From assembly GCA_963770565.1 (NCBI GenBank), contig CAVYQE010000010.1, positions 32,001 through 96,000 of the forward strand: 64,000 nucleotides of DNA. Direction: 5' to 3'. The position numbers and the translations under genes were made by a program. Source of the DNA: an uncultured Actinomycetota bacterium. Its GTDB lineage: Bacteria > Actinomycetota > Actinomycetes > JAFAQI01. The first letter of the stretch is position 1, and the number at the start of each line of letters is the position of its first letter. Below are positions 59,698 through 64,000 of this stretch, piece by piece. The notes under the pieces are model-generated. The model searched no databases. It saw only the letters and a program-made list of their open reading frames with translations, and was not told where the DNA came from.

Positions 59698-60246
59698 GTG
59701 ACCGTTCAACCGATCCGCCTGTTCGGCGATCCGGTGCTCACCACCCCGGCCGAGCCGGTCACCACCTTCGACAAGGAGCTCCGGGTCCTGGTCAAGGACC
59801 TGACCGAGACGATGATCGACGCGCCGGGGCTCGGGCTCGCCGCGCCGCAGATCGGCGTCGGCCTGCGAGTGTTCACCTTCGATGTGGAGGACGTGGTCGG
59901 TCACCTGGTCAACCCGGTCCTGCGGATGATCGGCGACGAGGACCAGGAGGGCGACGAGGGCTGCCTGTCGTTCCCGGGCCTGTCCTTCCCGTGTATCCGG
60001 CGGCAGCACGTGGTCGCGACCGGGCACAACATGTACGGCGACCCGGTGACGATCGACGGCAGCGATCTGCTCGCCCGGTGCATCCAGCACGAGGTCGACC
60101 ACCTGGACGGCATCTTGTTCATCGACCGGCTCGACCCGGAGCAGCGCAAGGCGGCGATGCGCGCGATCCGCGAGGCGGAGTGGTCGGGGCTGGCCGGCCC
60201 CACGGTGAAGACGTCGCCGCACGCCACGAGCGGGCTCGCGTTCTAA
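59698..60246 (+). CDS. def: Peptide deformylase
   Basis: GLGLAAPQIG, EGCLS, QHEVDHLDG. Confidence 0.97.
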   Translation: MTVQPIRLFGDPVLTTPAEPVTTFDKELRVLVKDLTETMIDAPGLGLAAPQIGVGLRVFTFDVEDVVGHLVNPVLRMIGDEDQEGDEGCLSFPGLSFPCIRRQHVVATGHNMYGDPVTIDGSDLLARCIQHEVDHLDGILFIDRLDPEQRKAAMRAIREAEWSGLAGPTVKTSPHATSGLAF

Positions 60247-60288
60247 TGACTGCCCGCTGACCGTCGTGACCGCAGGCCCGCGATCTCG

Positions 60289-61218
60289 ATGAGGCTCGTC
60301 TTCGCGGGCACCCCGCGGGTGGCGCTCCCAGCCCTCGACGCGTTGATCACCGGCGATCGGCACACGGTCGAGGCGGTCATCACTCGGCCCGATGCCAGGT
60401 CGGGGCGGGGCCACACACTCACCCCGAGCCCGGTCAAGGAACGCGCGGTCGATGCCGGGATCGAGGTGCTCACCCCGGACCGGCCCTCCGATCCGGCCTT
60501 TCTCGACCGGCTTCGTGAGATCAATCCGGACTGCTGCCCGGTGGTCGCGTACGGCGCGCTGGTCCCGCCGGCCGCGATCGAGATCCCGCCGGCCGGCTGG
60601 GTGAACCTGCACTTCTCGATCCTTCCGGCCTGGCGCGGCGCCGCGCCGGTCCAGCGGGCTTTGATGGCCGGTGACGACATTGCCGGTGCCTCGACGTTTC
60701 AGTTGGAGGCCGGCCTCGACACCGGCCCTGTCTTCGGGGTGATGACCACCGAGATCGGCCCCCGAGAGACCGCGGGGGAGCTGCTCGAGCGACTGTCGGT
60801 CGACGGCGCCCACCTGCTGAGCACGACCCTGGACGGGATCGAGGACGGCACCGTCGTACCGGTCCCGCAGCCGACCGAGGGCATCACGCTCGCGCCGCGG
60901 CTGACCACCGAAGACGCCCGGATCGACTGGGGCAAGGCGGCAATCGTCGTCGACCGCCAGGTGCGGGCCTGCACACCCGCGCCCGGTGCATGGAGCACGC
61001 TTCGCGGCAAACGGGTCAGGATCGGGCCGCTCACTCCACTCGAGCAGGACGGCGGGTTGGCCCCGGGAGAGGTCTCGGCCGGTCGTGCCTCGGTGCTGGT
61101 CGGCACGATGACCGGGCCGGTACAACTGACCGAGGTTCGACCCGACGGGCGGGCGCCGATGCAGGCGGCCGACTGGGTTCGTGGCCTGCGGCTCGACGCC
61201 GGCGAGCGATTCGAGTGA
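60289..61218 (+). CDS. fmt: Methionyl-tRNA formyltransferase
   Basis: FAGTP, VVAYG, NLHFSILP.WRGAAP, LDTGP. Confidence 0.97.
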   Translation: MRLVFAGTPRVALPALDALITGDRHTVEAVITRPDARSGRGHTLTPSPVKERAVDAGIEVLTPDRPSDPAFLDRLREINPDCCPVVAYGALVPPAAIEIPPAGWVNLHFSILPAWRGAAPVQRALMAGDDIAGASTFQLEAGLDTGPVFGVMTTEIGPRETAGELLERLSVDGAHLLSTTLDGIEDGTVVPVPQPTEGITLAPRLTTEDARIDWGKAAIVVDRQVRACTPAPGAWSTLRGKRVRIGPLTPLEQDGGLAPGEVSAGRASVLVGTMTGPVQLTEVRPDGRAPMQAADWVRGLRLDAGERFE

Positions 61219-61234
61219 TGCCAGTACCGGGTCG

Positions 61235-62578
61235 ATGACGAAGGATCCCGCCCGCCGCGCGGCGGTCGACGTGGTCCTTGCCGTCGACCGCGACGACGCC
61301 TACGCCAACCTGCTGCTGCCCCGCCTGCTGCGCGAGCGGGCCATCACCGGCACCGACGCGGCATTCGCCACCGAACTGGCTTACGGCACGCTGCGCCGAT
61401 CCGGGGTCCTCGACCCGGTTATCGGCGCCGGTGCTCGCCGGGACCCGGCCGGCCTCGATCCCGAGGTCCGGTCGGTGCTGCGGTTGGGTGCCTACCAGTT
61501 GCTGCACACCAGGGTTCCGCCGCACGCGGCGGTCTCGACCTCGGTCGACCTGGCCCGAGAGCTTGGCGGCCCGAAGATCACCGGGCTGGTCAACGCCGTG
61601 CTCCGGCGGGTCGCGCAGCGGGACTGGCCGCACTGGGTCGACGAGCTCGCACCGGCCGGCGACCCGGTCGGCCGGCTCGCCCTCGACCGGGGCTACCCGC
61701 GCTGGATCGCGGCAGCCTGGCTCGACGCGCTCGGGGACGACTTTGCCGAGCTCGACCGGGCGCTGACCGATGACCGGCCCTCGACCCACCTGGTCGCCCG
61801 CCCGAAGCGGATTAGCCGAGCCGAGCTCTTGGCCGCTGCCGGCCCGACCGCATCGCCCGGCCCGTGGTCGCCGTACGCGGTTCACCTGGCCGGTGGCGAT
61901 CCCGGCGCGCTCGCCGCCGTGCGCGACGGCCGGGCCGGCGTCCAGGACGAGGGCTCGCAGCTGGTCGCGCTGGCCGCTGCGGGGATCGCCCGCGAGGGGC
62001 CCGACCTCCGATGGTTGGACGCCTGTGCCGGTCCGGGCGGCAAGGCCGCCCTTCTCGCCGGGTTGCTGCCGGCCGGCGGCCGACTGCTCGCCGCCGACCG
62101 TGCACCGCACCGTGCCGCGCTCGTGACCCAGGCGCTCGGCGGCGACGAGCAGGCGGTTGTGGTGGTTGCCGACTCGACCCGTCCGGCCTGGGCCGACCGG
62201 TCCTTCGACCGGGTTCTGGCCGATGTGCCGTGCAGTGGTCTCGGCGCCTTGCGGCGGCGGCCGGAGCTGCGCTGGCGGCGGCAGCCTGAAGATGTCGAGC
62301 GGCTCGGGATCCTGCAGGCGGAGCTGCTGACCGCTGCGATCGACGCGGTTCGTCCGGGCGGCGTCGCGACATATGCGACCTGCTCGCCGCACCTCGCCGA
62401 AACGATCGGGGTGATCGACTCCGTTCTCGCGCAACGACTCGATGCCGAGCTGGTTGACGCCCGACCGGCCCTGCCCGGCGTACCCGACCTCGGCCCGGGT
62501 CCAACGGTTCAGCTCTGGCCTCATCGGCATCGGACGGATGCCATGTTTGTCGCGATGGTCCGGCGTAAACTCAATTGA
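61235..62578 (+). CDS. rsmB: 16S rRNA m5C methyltransferase RsmB/Sun
   Basis: NusB-like N-terminus, VQDEGSQ, DACAGPGGK, DVPCSGLG..RRRPE, YATCSP, TDAMF. Confidence 0.93.
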   Translation: MTKDPARRAAVDVVLAVDRDDAYANLLLPRLLRERAITGTDAAFATELAYGTLRRSGVLDPVIGAGARRDPAGLDPEVRSVLRLGAYQLLHTRVPPHAAVSTSVDLARELGGPKITGLVNAVLRRVAQRDWPHWVDELAPAGDPVGRLALDRGYPRWIAAAWLDALGDDFAELDRALTDDRPSTHLVARPKRISRAELLAAAGPTASPGPWSPYAVHLAGGDPGALAAVRDGRAGVQDEGSQLVALAAAGIAREGPDLRWLDACAGPGGKAALLAGLLPAGGRLLAADRAPHRAALVTQALGGDEQAVVVVADSTRPAWADRSFDRVLADVPCSGLGALRRRPELRWRRQPEDVERLGILQAELLTAAIDAVRPGGVATYATCSPHLAETIGVIDSVLAQRLDAELVDARPALPGVPDLGPGPTVQLWPHRHRTDAMFVAMVRRKLN

Positions 62579-62625
62579 TCCGGCAGTGATCACGGTGCTG
62601 GCGCGGCGATGAGGACGGGGTGTCG

Positions 62626-63306
62626 ATGCAGATCGCACCGAGCATCCTGTCGGCTGACTTCGCTCGCCTCGCCGACGAGATCGCCGCGGTGAGCGACGAC
62701 GCCGACTGGATCCACGTCGACGTCATGGACAACCACTTCGTGCCCAACCTCACCCTCGGGCTGCCCGTCGTCGAGTCGCTGCTCAAGCACACCGCGGTCC
62801 CGCTCGACTGCCATCTGATGATCGACGACCCCGACCGTTGGGCACCCGGGTACGCCGAGGCCGGGGCACGCAGTGTGACGTTCCATGCCGAGGCCGCGCA
62901 CGCGCCGGTCCGGCTGGCCCGAGCACTTCGGGCCGCGGGCGCGCGGGCCGGTCTGGCGCTCAAGCCGGCCACATCGATCGAGGCCTACGCCGACCTGCTG
63001 CCCGAGATCGACACCGTGCTGATCATGTCGGTGGAGCCGGGCTTCGGCGGGCAGTCGTTCCTCGACGTCGTGCTGCCGAAGATCAGGCGCGCCCGCGAGC
63101 TCGTGCGCGACGGCGCGCACGCGGTCTGGATCCAGATGGACGGCGGCATCGACGAGGAGACCATCGAGCGCTGTGCCGACGCCGGCGCCGACGTCTTCGT
63201 CGCCGGCTCGTCGGTCTACGGCAGCGACGATCCGGCCGACGCGGTCCGCCGGCTGCGGGCCCAGGCCGAGCGGGCCGGTCGCACCTCCTGGTGGTGCCCC
63301 TCGTGA
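62626..63306 (+). CDS. rpe: Ribulose-phosphate 3-epimerase
   Basis: [46 protein letters not shown]. Confidence 0.98.
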   Translation: MQIAPSILSADFARLADEIAAVSDDADWIHVDVMDNHFVPNLTLGLPVVESLLKHTAVPLDCHLMIDDPDRWAPGYAEAGARSVTFHAEAAHAPVRLARALRAAGARAGLALKPATSIEAYADLLPEIDTVLIMSVEPGFGGQSFLDVVLPKIRRARELVRDGAHAVWIQMDGGIDEETIERCADAGADVFVAGSSVYGSDDPADAVRRLRAQAERAGRTSWWCPS

Positions 63307-64000
63307 GCACGGTCCTGGTCGTTGACGACGACGCCGAGGTCGCGGAGTTCATCGAGAGCAATCTGCGCACCGAGGGCTTCGACGTACTGGTCGCGCGGGA
63401 CGGGCTCGAGGCGCTGCGGATCATCAACTCCTCGTTGCCCGACCTGGCTCTGGTTGATGTGCTGATGCCCAACGTCGGGGGGATCGAGGTGGTTCGCCAG
63501 CTCCGGTCGGCGACGGCCACGGCCAGCCTTCCGGTCATCATGCTGACCGGCACGAGCGTGTCCGCGGACCGGGTGGTCGGTCTCAGCGCGGGTGCGGACG
63601 ACTACCTGGTCAAGCCCTTCGACACCCTTGAACTGATCGCGCGGGTGCGCTCGACGCTGCGGCGCAACGCCGACATGCGGGCGGTGTCGCCGCTCACCGG
63701 CCTGCCCGGCAATCACCGGATCAACGAGGAGATCGAGCGGCGCACCGCCAGCGGCGAGGGCTTTGCGGTCTGTCACGTCGACCTCGACAACTTCAAGGCG
63801 TTCAACGACCGTTACGGCTGGATGCGCGGCGACGATGTCATCGAGTTGCTGTCGACGACCCTCAAGCAAGCCGCCGCCGCAGCCGGGCCGCCGCCGGCCT
63901 TCATCGGTCATGTCGGCGGTGACGACTTCGTCGTCGTCTGCACGCCCGAGCAGGTCGAGCCGCTCTGCCTCGACGCGCTCGACCGCTTCGACAGCGGAGT
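63303..64000 (+). CDS. Response regulator receiver - GGDEF diguanylate cyclase (runs off the right edge; absent from ORF track)
   Basis: Manual translation from GTG 63303 (GTGA overlap with rpe): VLVVDDD...LVDVLMP...[10 protein letters not shown] then [36 protein letters not shown]. Confidence 0.92.
   Translation, partial: MSTVLVVDDDAEVAEFIESNLRTEGFDVLVARDGLEALRIINSSLPDLALVDVLMPNVGGIEVVRQLRSATATASLPVIMLTGTSVSADRVVGLSAGADDYLVKPFDTLELIARVRSTLRRNADMRAVSPLTGLPGNHRINEEIERRTASGEGFAVCHVDLDNFKAFNDRYGWMRGDDVIELLSTTLKQAAAAAGPPPAFIGHVGGDDFVVVCTPEQVEPLCLDALDRFDSG

Noticed and set aside
1-64000. Numerous long alternative-frame and antisense ORFs (for example 15007-17271 -, 44616-46955 -, 52214-54160 -)
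   Set aside because: Shadow ORFs expected in high-GC DNA; they overlap well-supported genes and are Arg/Pro/Gly-rich with no motifs

Overview
High-GC actinobacterial chromosome segment. Housekeeping blocks (uvrC end-rapZ-yvcK-whiA at the left; aroC-aroK-aroB-aroQ-pepQ-efp-nusB-pyr/car-mihF-gmk-rpoZ-coaBC-metK-priA-def-fmt-rsmB-rpe at the right) flank a ~30 kb accessory region (3.0-32.9 kb). That region carries (i) an MglB/Roadblock - DUF4388(PATAN-like) - MglA-like GTPase operon, (ii) a surface-glycan locus (GT2, three GT4s, Wzx flippase, two SAM methyltransferases, an O-antigen-ligase/O-OTase-like gene overlapping pilB) and (iii) a complete monoderm type IVa pilus cluster (MshEN-PilB, PilT, PilC, three tandem pilins, IPT/TIG-repeat and ricin-lectin minor pilins, PilD, PilMNO). 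A sigma28/FliA/WhiG-like promoter motif (nTCAAG-N14/15-GCCGAT) occurs six times, in front of the Mgl operon, the ligase-pilB unit and four pil units. A c-di-GMP-I riboswitch precedes the first pilin, and a REC-GGDEF gene starts at the right edge. Together these suggest one c-di-GMP-controlled regulon for a polarity-directed, glycosylated pilus. pilB/pilT/pilC contain about 30 single-base indels that look like assembly error. No rRNA, tRNA, CRISPR array or transposase was seen. All family calls are by eye from motifs; no searches were run.
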